Virus record (IMG/VR): IMGVR_UViG_3300003965_000001
Location: 1-37,129 of that record
DNA: 37,129 nt
Source: a virus
Lineage: Duplodnaviria > Caudoviricetes
Reading direction: 5' to 3' (one strand)
The notes below the pieces were generated by a model. It ran no database searches. It was given only the letters and a program-made list of their open reading frames with translations, and was not told the DNA's origin. The first letter of the stretch is position 1; each line of letters starts with the position of its first letter. The position numbers were made by a program, and so were the translations under genes. Positions 7,512 to 17,086 of this stretch are shown one piece after another.

Positions 7512-9412
7512 TGGCCGACCAAGGCCAGCCCCCGCCGTCGAACAAGGTCACCTCGCTCCGCTCCCGGATGCGGGAGGCGCCGGAGGCGCGGAAGCGCGAG
7601 GAGCATCTGCCGGAGGATTGCCCGGTGACGGCGCTCGGCGTGCAGGGCGATCTCTGCTGGTACATCGATGGTGTCGGGCAGCTGGTGCCGATCCCGCGCA
7701 AGGGGCACTCGAAGCTGGCGATCCACGGGCTGTTCTCGCCGCACACCCATTATTGCCAGAACGCCCGGCCGGAATGGGCGAAGACCATCAAGGTGAAGAC
7801 GGACGATCAGGGCCATGAGCGCGAAGTCGTGGTCGATTTCCGGCCCGACGTGGTGGCGCGGGACCTGATGGCGGCTTGCGGGAAGCTCGGCCCCTTCAAT
7901 CCGGTCGGGCGGGTGCGCGGGCGCGGCGTGTGGCGCGGCGAAGATGATGACCTGGTGCGCCATGACGGCGTCGCCATCCACATCGGGAACCAGTCGCTCA
8001 AGGCGGGCCGGCACGGCGGCTATGTCTATCCGCGCGGCCCGGAGCGGCCGGCGCCGGCAAAGGAAGAGCAGCCCGCCGGCGCCGAGGGGCCGGCGGCGCG
8101 CGTGCTGCTGGATCTCGGTTGCTGGGCATGGGCGCGGCCGGGGCTCGACCAGCAGCTGCTGCTCGGCTGGATCTGCGCGAGCTTCTACGCCGGCGCGCTC
8201 GACTGGCGGCCGCATGGCTGGATCAACGGGCCGCGCGCCGCCGGCAAGTCCACGCTGTTCCGCTACATCTCGCGCCTGCTGCATGAGCCGGCGGGCTGCA
8301 TCGTCACCGGCGACAGCACGGCCGCCGGCGTGCGGACGGTGCTCGGCGACGACGCGCTGGCGGTGATGTTCGACGACGCCGAGGCCGGCGAGACGCCGGA
8401 GCGGGTGCGCAACCTGGTGGTGCTGATGCGCTCGGCCAGCTCCGGCGCGCTGGTGCTGCGCGGGACGCAGGACCACGGCAGCGCCAGCTTCACGGTGCGC
8501 TTCACCGGGCTGGTGAATTCGATCCTCCGGCCGCCCCTGACCTCGCAGGACCTGTCGCGGCTGCTGCTGCTGCACCTGCTGCCGCTGGCCGACGATGCGC
8601 GCGAGCCGACCATGGGGCGGTCGCATCTCGAGCTGCTGGGCAAGCAGCTGTTCCGGCGCATGCTCGATAACTGGCCGCGCTTCCTGGCCGAGCTGCCGCG
8701 CTGGAAATCCTCGTTGAAGAAGGCCGGCCTGCAAGGCCGCGCGCCGGAGCAGTTCGGCATCATCCTCGCGGCGCAGGACGTGGCGCTGCATGACGTGCCG
8801 GCGCATGACGACAACATCGCCGAGCTGGCGGAGAAGGTCGCCGAGGGCACCGCCAGCGACCGCGCCGAAGAGATGTCGGAGTGGGAGCGCTGCCTGGAGC
8901 GCATCACGTCCAGCATCGTGCCGGCCTTCAGCGGCGGCCAGCAGCGGACGCTGGGCACGCTGATCGCCATGGTGGCGTTGCAGCCGAGCTGGCGCGATCC
9001 CGAGAACGGCCAGATGTCGGAATGGCCGGCCGGCGAGCGCGAGAACGCGGCGCGGGCGCTGGCGAGCTACGGGCTGCGCGTGGTGCTGGAAAAGCAGGGG
9101 CTGCACCCGATCCGGCGCTGGCGGCGGCCGGAGGACGCGGCGCGCGAGCCCGCCACGGGCGGCGACGGCCGGGCGCTGGGGTGGCTGGCCGTGGCGAACG
9201 GGCACACCGCGCTGAACAACGCGGTGTTCAAGGGCAGCCACTACGCGGCGGCGTCGGGGACCTCGGGCGGCTGGAAAGCCGCGCTCGAGACGGCGCCAGG
9301 CGTGGAGAAGGGCAAGGAGATGCGGTTCGGCGGGCCGGCTAGCCGGTGCGTGCTGGTGCCGCTCGACCTGGTGCTGGATGGCGGGAACAGCTTGGGGGAG
9401 GCGGTGGAGTGA
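7511..9412 (+). CDS. P-loop NTPase, probable replicative helicase
   Basis: Walker A GPRAAGKST, Walker B VMFDDAE, QDLSR arginine-finger-like motif; next to primase. Confidence 0.8.
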   Translation: MADQGQPPPSNKVTSLRSRMREAPEARKREEHLPEDCPVTALGVQGDLCWYIDGVGQLVPIPRKGHSKLAIHGLFSPHTHYCQNARPEWAKTIKVKTDDQGHEREVVVDFRPDVVARDLMAACGKLGPFNPVGRVRGRGVWRGEDDDLVRHDGVAIHIGNQSLKAGRHGGYVYPRGPERPAPAKEEQPAGAEGPAARVLLDLGCWAWARPGLDQQLLLGWICASFYAGALDWRPHGWINGPRAAGKSTLFRYISRLLHEPAGCIVTGDSTAAGVRTVLGDDALAVMFDDAEAGETPERVRNLVVLMRSASSGALVLRGTQDHGSASFTVRFTGLVNSILRPPLTSQDLSRLLLLHLLPLADDAREPTMGRSHLELLGKQLFRRMLDNWPRFLAELPRWKSSLKKAGLQGRAPEQFGIILAAQDVALHDVPAHDDNIAELAEKVAEGTASDRAEEMSEWERCLERITSSIVPAFSGGQQRTLGTLIAMVALQPSWRDPENGQMSEWPAGERENAARALASYGLRVVLEKQGLHPIRRWRRPEDAAREPATGGDGRALGWLAVANGHTALNNAVFKGSHYAAASGTSGGWKAALETAPGVEKGKEMRFGGPASRCVLVPLDLVLDGGNSLGEAVE

Positions 9413-9732
9413 GGCGCGCACGGAAGGCCTGGAATGGCGGGAGTGTCGAAGCGGCGATGGCCGCCGCGACGGAGCGCGCCGAGCGCGCCATCGCGGCGGA
9501 CTGTCCGCGATGCCCGACATGCGAAGGCGCAGGGCTGCTGCCTGGTCCCGTCGTTTGCGCGACGTGCGGCGCCGCGGGCTATCTGGTCCCGGAAGGCAGC
9601 ATGCCGGCGCCGCCGGCTTGCGAGCATGCGTTCGAGGGGTGGCGCGAGTTCGAGGACGGCAACGGCGGCGAGCGGATGTCCAAGCACTGCGGCCTCGGCG
9701 CGATGGCCCATACGCTGAGCCTCGGCATATGA
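9409..9732 (+). CDS. Cys-rich Zn-finger-like hypothetical protein
   Basis: CPTCEGAG...CATCGAAG; GTGA coupling. Confidence 0.6.
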   Translation: MRRARKAWNGGSVEAAMAAATERAERAIAADCPRCPTCEGAGLLPGPVVCATCGAAGYLVPEGSMPAPPACEHAFEGWREFEDGNGGERMSKHCGLGAMAHTLSLGI

Positions 9733-9959
9733 CCGACGACCTGACCCGGGTGGATGTGTTCCGCCTGCTGCGCGAGGCGTGCGCGGCCGCGGGCGGGCAG
9801 AAGGCATGGGCCGAGCAGCATGGCATCTCGGCCAGCTACGTGAACGACGTGATCAATTCGCGCCGCGACCCGGGCGACAGCATCCTTCGAGGCCTCGGCT
9901 TGGTGCGGGTGACGGTCTATCGCCGGGTGAAATCCGGCAATCGACGGATTGCGGCGTGA
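9729..9959 (+). CDS. Small XRE/Cro-type HTH protein
   Basis: GGQKAWAEQHGISASYVNDVINSRRDPG. Confidence 0.8.
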   Translation: MTDDLTRVDVFRLLREACAAAGGQKAWAEQHGISASYVNDVINSRRDPGDSILRGLGLVRVTVYRRVKSGNRRIAA

Positions 9960-10219
9960 TGCAGTTATACCGTCCTAGCAACGGAACCGAAGGCGAGGCC
10001 TTCATCAGCCGCTGGTGCGACAACTGCATGCGAGAAGGCGATGAACTTGCGCCCTGCCACATCCTGACGGCCACCCTGATCTTCCCGGTGACGGCCCCTG
10101 AGTATGCCTCCCAATGGGTGCGGACGCCCGCCGGACCGCGCTGCACCGCCTTCGCGCCACGGGACGGCCAGGAGCAGGGCGCGATGTTCGACGATCGGCA
10201 ATTGGAGATCTTCGCATGA
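9959..10219 (+). CDS. Cys-containing phage protein
   Basis: YRPSNGTEGEAFISRWCDNC...C...CTAF; coupled. Confidence 0.7.
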   Translation: MQLYRPSNGTEGEAFISRWCDNCMREGDELAPCHILTATLIFPVTAPEYASQWVRTPAGPRCTAFAPRDGQEQGAMFDDRQLEIFA

Positions 10220-10488
10220 GCAATTTTTCAGGCCATCCGCCGACCATCGGGGAAATCCGGTCCGGGCGCAGCCAGAGCGCCAGCGACTGGACACCGCGCG
10301 ACGTGCTTATCCGCGTCCTGCGCGACCTCGATCAAGGCCGCATCGCGCCGGAGGTGCTGCTTGTCGCCTGGGCCGATCCATCGAAGGACGGCACCCGCCG
10401 CACCGACTGGTATGTGTCCAGCCCGGACGTGCTGGTCACCGCCGGCCTGGTGCATCGCGTCAGCGCGCATGTGGTGACTGACGCATGA
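10216..10488 (+). CDS. Hypothetical phage protein (MSNFSGHPPTIGEIRS...)
   Basis: ATGA coupling at both ends. Confidence 0.7.
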   Translation: MSNFSGHPPTIGEIRSGRSQSASDWTPRDVLIRVLRDLDQGRIAPEVLLVAWADPSKDGTRRTDWYVSSPDVLVTAGLVHRVSAHVVTDA

Positions 10489-11930
10489 GCGAGACCCGCC
10501 CCGTCCTCTCCGCGCCCGGACCCGTCGCGCAGGCCTTCGTGGACAGCGACGCGCCGATCGCCGCGCTGATGGGGCCGGAGGGCTCGGGCAAGACCACCTC
10601 CGGCATCCTGAAGGGCCTCACCACGTCCTTCCTCTGGCCGCGCACCTTCCCTGGCGTCACGCGCTTCAAGCTGGTGCTCATCCGCCGGCTGCTGAAGGAT
10701 CTCGAGGCGACGACGCAGGCGAGCTGGTTGGAGTGGTTCCCGAAGACCTCCGGCACCTGGCGCGGCGGCAAGGGCGAGCCGGCGGTGCATGAGATCATCG
10801 TGCCGCATCCGCGCGGCGGCGTGGTGGAGTTCGTCGCGGAATTCATCGCCACCGGCGACCTGCGCGTCGAAGAGGCGATGCGCGGCAAGGAATTCTCCTG
10901 CGCCTATGTGGACGAGGTGGACCTCTCGCCGGAGGACATCCTCACCTGGACCTATGGCCGCGCCGGCCGCTACCCGAAGGAAACCCTGGCCAAGAATCCG
11001 AAAAGAGTGTGGGGCACGTTGAATGCTCCGCAGGACGGCAATTGGGTGATCACCGACTTCATCGACGATCCGAAGCCGGGCCATGTGCTGTTCCGGCAAC
11101 CCTCCGGCCTCTCGCCGGCCGCGGAGAACCTGCGCGTGCTGGGGCCGGACTGGTATCAGAAGCTCGCCGCCACCCTGCCGGCCTTCGAGCGCAAGCGCCG
11201 CATCGAGAACATCCCGGGCCTGAGCCGCGGCCTCGAGGCGGTGTATCCGGAGTTCAACCCGGATCTTCACATCGCCGCGGCGCCGCTCAATCCCATGCCC
11301 GGACGTAAGATCGTCGTCGGCGCCGATGCCGGCGGCACGCCGGGCGCCGGCTTCTGGCAGCAGCAGGCAGACGGGCAATGGCGCTGCCTGGCGGAGCTGT
11401 CCACCCACGCGAAGGAGCACGGCAGCATCACGGGGCCGCGGCGCTTCGGGGAGACGCTGGCGCAGCTCGCCGCCGAGTTGTTCCGTGGCTTCGAGATAGA
11501 CGGCCTGGCCGATCCCTCAGCCGATTGGGGCGCCGACACCGCCGCCGGCGAAGAGGACTGGATCGAGATCGTCAGCCGCATCTCTGGCATCGTCTTCCGT
11601 CCGGCGCCCACGAACAAGCCGCAGGCACGGCTCGAAGCGCTGCGCCTGCCGATGACGCGGCTGATCGACGGGCGCGCCCCCGGCCTGCTGATCGACCCGC
11701 GCTGCAAGCTGACGATCCGCGCCCTGTCGCGCGATTACCAGTGGACGGTGACCGCGGGGCGGCGCGGCGAGAAGCCGCTCAAGAATTGGGCGTCCCACCT
11801 GATCGAATCGCACCAATACGCGCTGCTCCACGGTGGCGCCTATCACGAGGTGATGGCGCGCCAGGTCGTGCGGCGCGCCGGCACGCGGGCCGTGCAGGCC
11901 AACACCAGCTTCAACCCCTATGCGGCGTGA
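10485..11930 (+). CDS. terL: Terminase large subunit
   Basis: Walker A GPEGSGKT, Walker B AYVDEVD, coupling motif TLN, nuclease VGADAG, C-terminal SHLIESHQY; upstream of portal. Confidence 0.9.
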   Translation: MSETRPVLSAPGPVAQAFVDSDAPIAALMGPEGSGKTTSGILKGLTTSFLWPRTFPGVTRFKLVLIRRLLKDLEATTQASWLEWFPKTSGTWRGGKGEPAVHEIIVPHPRGGVVEFVAEFIATGDLRVEEAMRGKEFSCAYVDEVDLSPEDILTWTYGRAGRYPKETLAKNPKRVWGTLNAPQDGNWVITDFIDDPKPGHVLFRQPSGLSPAAENLRVLGPDWYQKLAATLPAFERKRRIENIPGLSRGLEAVYPEFNPDLHIAAAPLNPMPGRKIVVGADAGGTPGAGFWQQQADGQWRCLAELSTHAKEHGSITGPRRFGETLAQLAAELFRGFEIDGLADPSADWGADTAAGEEDWIEIVSRISGIVFRPAPTNKPQARLEALRLPMTRLIDGRAPGLLIDPRCKLTIRALSRDYQWTVTAGRRGEKPLKNWASHLIESHQYALLHGGAYHEVMARQVVRRAGTRAVQANTSFNPYAA

Positions 11931-11936
11931 GGATCC

Positions 11937-12257
11937 ATGAGCGACCAGCAGCCCGACAACCAGCAGCCGCCCGCCACGCCGCCGTCAGCAGCGCCGGCTT
12001 CGGCCCAGGCGGAGGCCGAGGTGGTGATCCGCTACGGCGGCGAGCCCGATGCCGAGCGCATCCCCGTCACCGTCCACCTGGCGCCGCGCCACCACGCCTA
12101 CCTGGTGCAGCGCGCGGCGATGCACGGGGAGACGCCGGAAAAGCACCTCGAAACCATCCTGCGGAACTTCCGCAGCTACTACGACGATCAGCGCCCCGAG
12201 CTGACGGCCGCCGAGCCGCAGCGGAATGGCGGCGCGGTGACGCGGAGGCTGCCCTGA
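11937..12257 (+). CDS. Hypothetical protein
   Basis: SD GAGGA; coupled to next gene. Confidence 0.7.
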   Translation: MSDQQPDNQQPPATPPSAAPASAQAEAEVVIRYGGEPDAERIPVTVHLAPRHHAYLVQRAAMHGETPEKHLETILRNFRSYYDDQRPELTAAEPQRNGGAVTRRLP

Positions 12258-12502
12258 TGCCGGACGGCCTGTTCAGCGTTCCCAAGCCATCCGGTCCGTC
12301 CCCTGCGATGGTAGCGGCGCAGGAGACGCAGGCGCGTCTCGCCCAGGCCGAGGAGGACCGCCTCAAGACCCAGCAGCTCGCCGAGGAGGCGACGCGGCGC
12401 GCCGCGGCCGGCCGCACCGCCGGGCGCAGCCTGCTGATGGCCGACGACATCGGCATCACGGATGACGAGCGCGCCCCGCTCCAGAAAAAGACGGGGGGAT
12501 AG
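12257..12502 (+). CDS. Small pre-portal virion protein (T7 gp6.7/7.3-like position)
   Basis: MPDGLFSVPKPSGPSP...GRSLL...KKTGG pattern; TGATG coupling. Confidence 0.7.
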   Translation: MPDGLFSVPKPSGPSPAMVAAQETQARLAQAEEDRLKTQQLAEEATRRAAAGRTAGRSLLMADDIGITDDERAPLQKKTGG

Positions 12503-12505
12503 CCC

Positions 12506-14149
12506 GTGCCGGCGATGGAGATCGAGGCGCTGATCAAGCGCTATGAGCGGGCGGACGCGAAGCGCACCGCCTTCGCCACCCTCATGCGCGACTGCTACGC
12601 CTACGCCATGCCGGAGCGCGACGCCTGGTCTTCCTACGGCTACGGCGCGGACCGCAACGTCATGATCTTCGACAGCACCGCCATGGTGGCGGTGCCGCGC
12701 TTCGCCAACCGGTTGCAGCAGGCGCTGTTCCCGCCGCAGCAGCGATGGTCGCAGCTTGACCTGCCTTCGGAGAAGGCGGACGGGTCCCCCGGGGCGCAGA
12801 GCGAGCAGCAGGCATTGCAGGCCGCGACGGAGCTGATGTTCCGCCATGTCCATACCTCGAATTTCGACGCGGCGATCGCCGAATGGGGGCAGGATTTGGC
12901 GGCTGGTGTCGGGTGCCTGCTGATCGAAAACGGCCGCTTCGGCCAGCGCCGGCCGCGCGGCCCGCTGTTGCGCTTCCAGGCCGTGCCGGCCGCGCTGATT
13001 GCCTTCGACGAAGGGCCTTGGGGCACCGTCGAGGGCGTCTTCTTCGCCCAGAAGGTGAAGGCCCGCCTGGTGGAGCGCACCTATCCGGACGCGAAGAACC
13101 TGCCGCGCGAGCTGCAAGCGAAGATCCGCGACACGCCGGATGAGGATGTGGAGCTGCTGCAATGCACCACCTATGACGCGGCCGACGATATCTGGCGATT
13201 CGAGGTGCTGGTGAAGGCCGAGAGGCACCGCATCGTCGAGCGGCGCTATCGGACCAGCCCGTGGGTGATCACGCGCTGGACCAAGGCGCCGGGCGAAATC
13301 CACGGGCGCGGGCCGCTGACGCAGGCGCTGCCCGATATCCGCACCGTCAACAAGCTGATGGAGCTGGCGCTGCGATCGGGCGCGATCGCCGTGTCGGGCG
13401 TGTGGACGGCGGTGGATGATGGCGTGCTGAACACCGACACCATCCGCATCGCCCCCGGCGTGGTGATCCCGGTGGCCAGTAACGCCACGGGCGGGCGCGG
13501 GCCGAGCCTGCGCGGGCTCGAGATGCCGGGCAATTTCGCGCTCAACGAGGCCATGCAGGACAAGATGAAGACCAGCATCCGCCAGATGCTGTTCGACGAT
13601 CCGCTGCCACCGGAGGTGCAGGCCGGGCTGACCGCCACGGAAGTCATCGAGCGCGTGCGCCGCTTCCAGGCCGACACCGGGGCGTTCGGGAGACTCCAGG
13701 CCGATGCGGTGACGCCGATCGTGCTCCGCTGCGTGGACATCCTGGACGAGGCCGGCGAGTTCGCCGAGCCGCGCTTCAAGGGGCTCATGGATGCCTTGCA
13801 GGACGAGGCGATCCGGATCACCGCCACCAGCCCGCTGGCGCAGGCGCAGGACCGCGCCGACGTGCAGGCGGTGCTGATGCTGGTGCAGGGGCTGACGCAG
13901 ATGGGCGAGGTCGGCATGCGACTGCTGCGCACCGCCATCTCGCTGGACCGCGCCGGGCCCTACATCGCCGGCCGGTCCGGCGTGCCGCAGGCGCTGATCC
14001 CGACGCGCGAGGAGCTGGCGCAGCAGGATCAGCAGGCGGGCCAGGCGGCGCAGCAGGAGCAGATGCTGGCGAGCCCCGTCGTGGCGCAGCTCGCCGGCGC
14101 GCTGGGCAACGCCGCCCTTCGTGGCGGACCGAAGGAGCAGGCAGCATGA
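12506..14149 (+). CDS. Portal (head-to-tail connector)
   Basis: IFDSTA, RWTKAPGEIHGRGP...ALPDIRTVN, TATEV motifs of the T7 gp8-like family (start could be ATG 12515). Confidence 0.93.
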   Translation: MPAMEIEALIKRYERADAKRTAFATLMRDCYAYAMPERDAWSSYGYGADRNVMIFDSTAMVAVPRFANRLQQALFPPQQRWSQLDLPSEKADGSPGAQSEQQALQAATELMFRHVHTSNFDAAIAEWGQDLAAGVGCLLIENGRFGQRRPRGPLLRFQAVPAALIAFDEGPWGTVEGVFFAQKVKARLVERTYPDAKNLPRELQAKIRDTPDEDVELLQCTTYDAADDIWRFEVLVKAERHRIVERRYRTSPWVITRWTKAPGEIHGRGPLTQALPDIRTVNKLMELALRSGAIAVSGVWTAVDDGVLNTDTIRIAPGVVIPVASNATGGRGPSLRGLEMPGNFALNEAMQDKMKTSIRQMLFDDPLPPEVQAGLTATEVIERVRRFQADTGAFGRLQADAVTPIVLRCVDILDEAGEFAEPRFKGLMDALQDEAIRITATSPLAQAQDRADVQAVLMLVQGLTQMGEVGMRLLRTAISLDRAGPYIAGRSGVPQALIPTREELAQQDQQAGQAAQQEQMLASPVVAQLAGALGNAALRGGPKEQAA

Positions 14150-14424
14150 GCGACTTTCTCGGGGGCGAGATGCAGACCGCGCTGCGCGAGATCAGCGACG
14201 CCCAGCAGCGGCAGCGCCAGGCCAGGCAGCACGCCCTGGTGGCGGCGCTCGGCCATCCGGCGGGGCGCGCCTGGCTGGATGCCATGCTGGCCGAGGAATA
14301 CCGCCGCCCATCCTACATGATCGGCGACAGCTTCGACGCCGTCGCCTACCGCCAGGGCCGCGTCGCTGTGCTGCGCGAGCTGGCGGAGGATCTGCATCGC
14401 GCCACCCAGCCGACGGGAGCCTGA
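14146..14424 (+). CDS. Bbp19-like small protein
   Basis: HPAGRAWL...AYRQGRVAVL between portal and scaffold. Confidence 0.75.
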   Translation: MSDFLGGEMQTALREISDAQQRQRQARQHALVAALGHPAGRAWLDAMLAEEYRRPSYMIGDSFDAVAYRQGRVAVLRELAEDLHRATQPTGA

Positions 14425-14427
14425 CCC

Positions 14428-15309
14428 ATGCTGCACTTCCGACATCGCTTCCGGCTGGCGCGCGCGCCTGAGGACAATGCCGGCGGCGGCGGAGGCGGCA
14501 CGGCCGCCGGCGGCGACGCGGCTGCCACCGTTGCCGCGGACGAGCCCAGCCTGTTCGACGCCGCCGCGGGCGGCGAGGGCGGGACGACGCCGGAAGGCAA
14601 GCCGGCGAGGCCCGACTACATCCCCGAGCAGTTCTGGGACAAGGAGAAGGGCCAGCCTCTCATCGAGCAGATGGGCAAGTCCTGGTCCGACCTGCGCACC
14701 AAGGTGGCGCGTGGCGAAGGGAAGATCCCCGACAAGCCCGAGGGCTACACCCTGCCCGTCCTCGATGGCGTTCCCGCCGACCTGGTGAAGTCCGACGATC
14801 CGCTCTGGCAGGCGGTGCGCGGCGAGGCGCACAAGGCAGGCGTCACCGACAGCCAGTTGCAGGCCGTCGCCAAGCCCTATCTGGACGCGCTGGCGAAGCA
14901 CAGGGGCGCGGCGCCGGCCGACGCGGCTGCGGCGCTCGAGGCGCGCAAGGCGGCGCTGACCGAGGAGCTGCACAAGCTCGGCCCGAACGGCAAGCAGATG
15001 GTGAACGACATCGGCGGCTGGATTGCCGGCATGCAGGCGCGCGGCGTCTTCACCGAGGGTCAGGCGAAGGCCTTGAAGGCGCTCGGCACGGCGGACGGCA
15101 TCCTCGCCTTGGCGAAAATCCGCGAGGCGATGGGCGCGCCCAGCATCCCCACCGACGCCATGGCGGCCGACAGCATGACCGAGGCCGACGCCCGGAAGAT
15201 GCTGCGCGACGGTCACGCCACGAAGGACCAGGCGAAGGTGGAGAAGGCGACGGCGGCGCTGCGCGACCTCGAGCGGCGCGGGGTGCTCGGAAAAAATCGC
15301 GCCGCGTGA
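14428..15309 (+). CDS. Capsid scaffolding protein
   Basis: RPDYIPEQFWD, PDKPEGYTL motifs; position before capsid. Confidence 0.85.
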   Translation: MLHFRHRFRLARAPEDNAGGGGGGTAAGGDAAATVAADEPSLFDAAAGGEGGTTPEGKPARPDYIPEQFWDKEKGQPLIEQMGKSWSDLRTKVARGEGKIPDKPEGYTLPVLDGVPADLVKSDDPLWQAVRGEAHKAGVTDSQLQAVAKPYLDALAKHRGAAPADAAAALEARKAALTEELHKLGPNGKQMVNDIGGWIAGMQARGVFTEGQAKALKALGTADGILALAKIREAMGAPSIPTDAMAADSMTEADARKMLRDGHATKDQAKVEKATAALRDLERRGVLGKNRAA

Positions 15310-15385
15310 TTTTTTCCTGGCCAAGCCCGGAGAGCCCGACATTCTGACCGTGCCGCAGTAGCGGCGTTTTCTCCCGGTTGATTCG

Positions 15386-15575
15386 ACTGCGGGTGGGGTC
15401 CGCCCCACCCGCATCTCTTCCGGAAGACACGCCGCGCTCCGGCGACGTGGGGGACAGGCCCCAGGAAAGGCGCCCGGCCTGACGGGCGAAGCGGACGACC
15501 CGCGCCAGGGCCTATCCCGTCAGAGGGACCCCAGCAGCGTGGCCTATCGGACTGCGAATCGCGCCACCGCGTGTT
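15386..15575 (+). promoter_or_regulatory. Structured leader upstream of the major capsid gene
   Basis: 284-nt non-coding gap containing several complementary segments. Confidence 0.45.
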
Positions 15576-15593
15576 TCGGAGACCTGGGCCACC

Positions 15594-16421
15594 ATGAGCA
15601 TTGGCCTGCCTTCCATCGTCCAGATCGACTATGACGCCCGCGTCAAGGGCGCCTATCAGTCCATGGGCCTGCTGCGCGGCCATGTCCGCGTCAAGACGGG
15701 CATCACCGCAAGCAGCACCAAGTTCCGCCGCGCCGTGCGCGGCATGGCCAGGCCGCGCATCCCGCAGACCGACCTGGTGCCGATGGGCCAGACCTATGCG
15801 GAAGCGACGGCCACGCTGACCGGCTGGCAGGCCAGCGACTACACCGACAAGCTGGACGCGGTTCTCAACAACATCGAGGAGCGCCAGGTCCTCGCCGAGA
15901 ACATCGGCGGCGCCTGCGCCCGGCGCCATGACCAGATGATCATCGACGCGCTGGACGCGGCCAACGGCTCCGCCACCATCGTGCATGGTTCGGTCGGCAT
16001 GACGTTCGCAAAGGTCACGGCAGCCAAGCGCTTCATGGACCGCCGCAGCGTGCCGTTCGGCAAGCGGAAGCTCGCCGTCTCGGCGGAAGGCTACGACAAC
16101 CTCCTGAACGAGGCGAAGTTCACCTCCGGCGACTACGTCGAGAAGAAGGCCATCCAGGACGGCAAGCTGCCGCCGATCCTCGGCTTCGACGTGATCATGA
16201 TGCCGGACATGGACGAGGGCGGCCTGCCGAAGGCCAGCACCACGCGGACGAACTTCGCGTGGGATTCCGATGCCGTCGGCATCGCCTTCGGCATCGAGAC
16301 GGACCTCGAGGTCACCTACATCGCCGAGAAGATGTCCTGGCTGTCCGCCCAGGCCTTCCTCGGAGGCGCGGTCGCGATCGATGCCCTCGGCATTATCGAG
16401 ATCGAGACGACGGAGAGCTGA
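15594..16421 (+). CDS. Major capsid protein
   Basis: 275 aa after scaffold; ARRHDQMIIDAL, ILGFDVIM, GAVAIDALGIIEI. Confidence 0.9.
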   Translation: MSIGLPSIVQIDYDARVKGAYQSMGLLRGHVRVKTGITASSTKFRRAVRGMARPRIPQTDLVPMGQTYAEATATLTGWQASDYTDKLDAVLNNIEERQVLAENIGGACARRHDQMIIDALDAANGSATIVHGSVGMTFAKVTAAKRFMDRRSVPFGKRKLAVSAEGYDNLLNEAKFTSGDYVEKKAIQDGKLPPILGFDVIMMPDMDEGGLPKASTTRTNFAWDSDAVGIAFGIETDLEVTYIAEKMSWLSAQAFLGGAVAIDALGIIEIETTES

Positions 16422-16424
16422 ACC

Positions 16425-16712
16425 ATGCCCTTCATCCTCGCGAACTTCCAGCCGATCGGCGGCCAGTCCAAGGCCGGCAGCGCGCCGCAGCGCTTCAGCT
16501 ACAAGACGGAGGACGCCCAGACCACGGTCGATGGCGCGGGCTACTTCAACGCGGTGCGCGACAGCCTCTTCGTCGGCGACATCATCGACGTCGTCGTCGT
16601 GAATAGCAGCAACGTGGTGCAGACCTACGGGCCGCACATCGTGATGACGAAGTCCGCCACCGCCGTGGATGTGTCGAACGTCACCACTGGCACCGTCACG
16701 AACAGCGACTGA
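16425..16712 (+). CDS. Capsid decoration/cement protein
   Basis: FSYKTEDAQTTVDGAGYFN...VGDII; directly after capsid. Confidence 0.7.
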   Translation: MPFILANFQPIGGQSKAGSAPQRFSYKTEDAQTTVDGAGYFNAVRDSLFVGDIIDVVVVNSSNVVQTYGPHIVMTKSATAVDVSNVTTGTVTNSD

Positions 16713-16718
16713 GGCAGC

Positions 16719-16747
16719 GGCGCCGGCGGCGACGCGCCGCCGGCGCC
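16719..16747 (+). terminator. Perfect 13-bp GC hairpin after the capsid/decoration genes (terminator-like or RNA-stabilising; no U-tract)
   Basis: GGCGCCGGCGGCG-acg-CGCCGCCGGCGCC. Confidence 0.5.
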
Positions 16748-16762
16748 TGTGCGGAGGCAGGC

Positions 16763-17086
16763 ATGGGCAAGATCTCGGCCGACGTGCCGGACAGCGCCGT
16801 CGGCGTCCTGGCGGGCAGCTTCACGGCGACGGGCCAGAGCGCCGGCATCCTCGCCGGACGCGGGCTGAACCTCACCCTGTCCGGCACCTTCGTGGCCACC
16901 GTCACCGTCCAGCGGAGCTTCGATGGCGGCACGACCTGGCATGCTGTCTTCACGCCGGACGGGCTGGTGGCGCGGCAGTTCACCGGCCCGGTGAGCCTGT
17001 CGCTGTGGGAGCCCGAGGAAGGCGTGCTCTATCGGCTCGACTGTGCCTGGACGAGCGGCGAAGCCGTCTATCGGTTGAGCCGCTGA
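16763..17086 (+). CDS. All-beta virion protein, putative head spike base
   Basis: LSGTFVATVTVQRSFDGGTTW; SD GGAGG. Confidence 0.65.
   Translation: MGKISADVPDSAVGVLAGSFTATGQSAGILAGRGLNLTLSGTFVATVTVQRSFDGGTTWHAVFTPDGLVARQFTGPVSLSLWEPEEGVLYRLDCAWTSGEAVYRLSR

Noticed and set aside
7508-9826. Long minus-strand ORFs opposite major genes (also 19277..21562, 26749..28683, 31703..33589)
   Set aside because: Typical antisense shadows of GC-rich genes: Arg/His/Gln-rich, with no SD, coupling or motifs
16380-16430. T7-style programmed frameshift extending the capsid protein
   Set aside because: No slippery sequence near the stop; the next gene has its own SD (GGAG) and ATG
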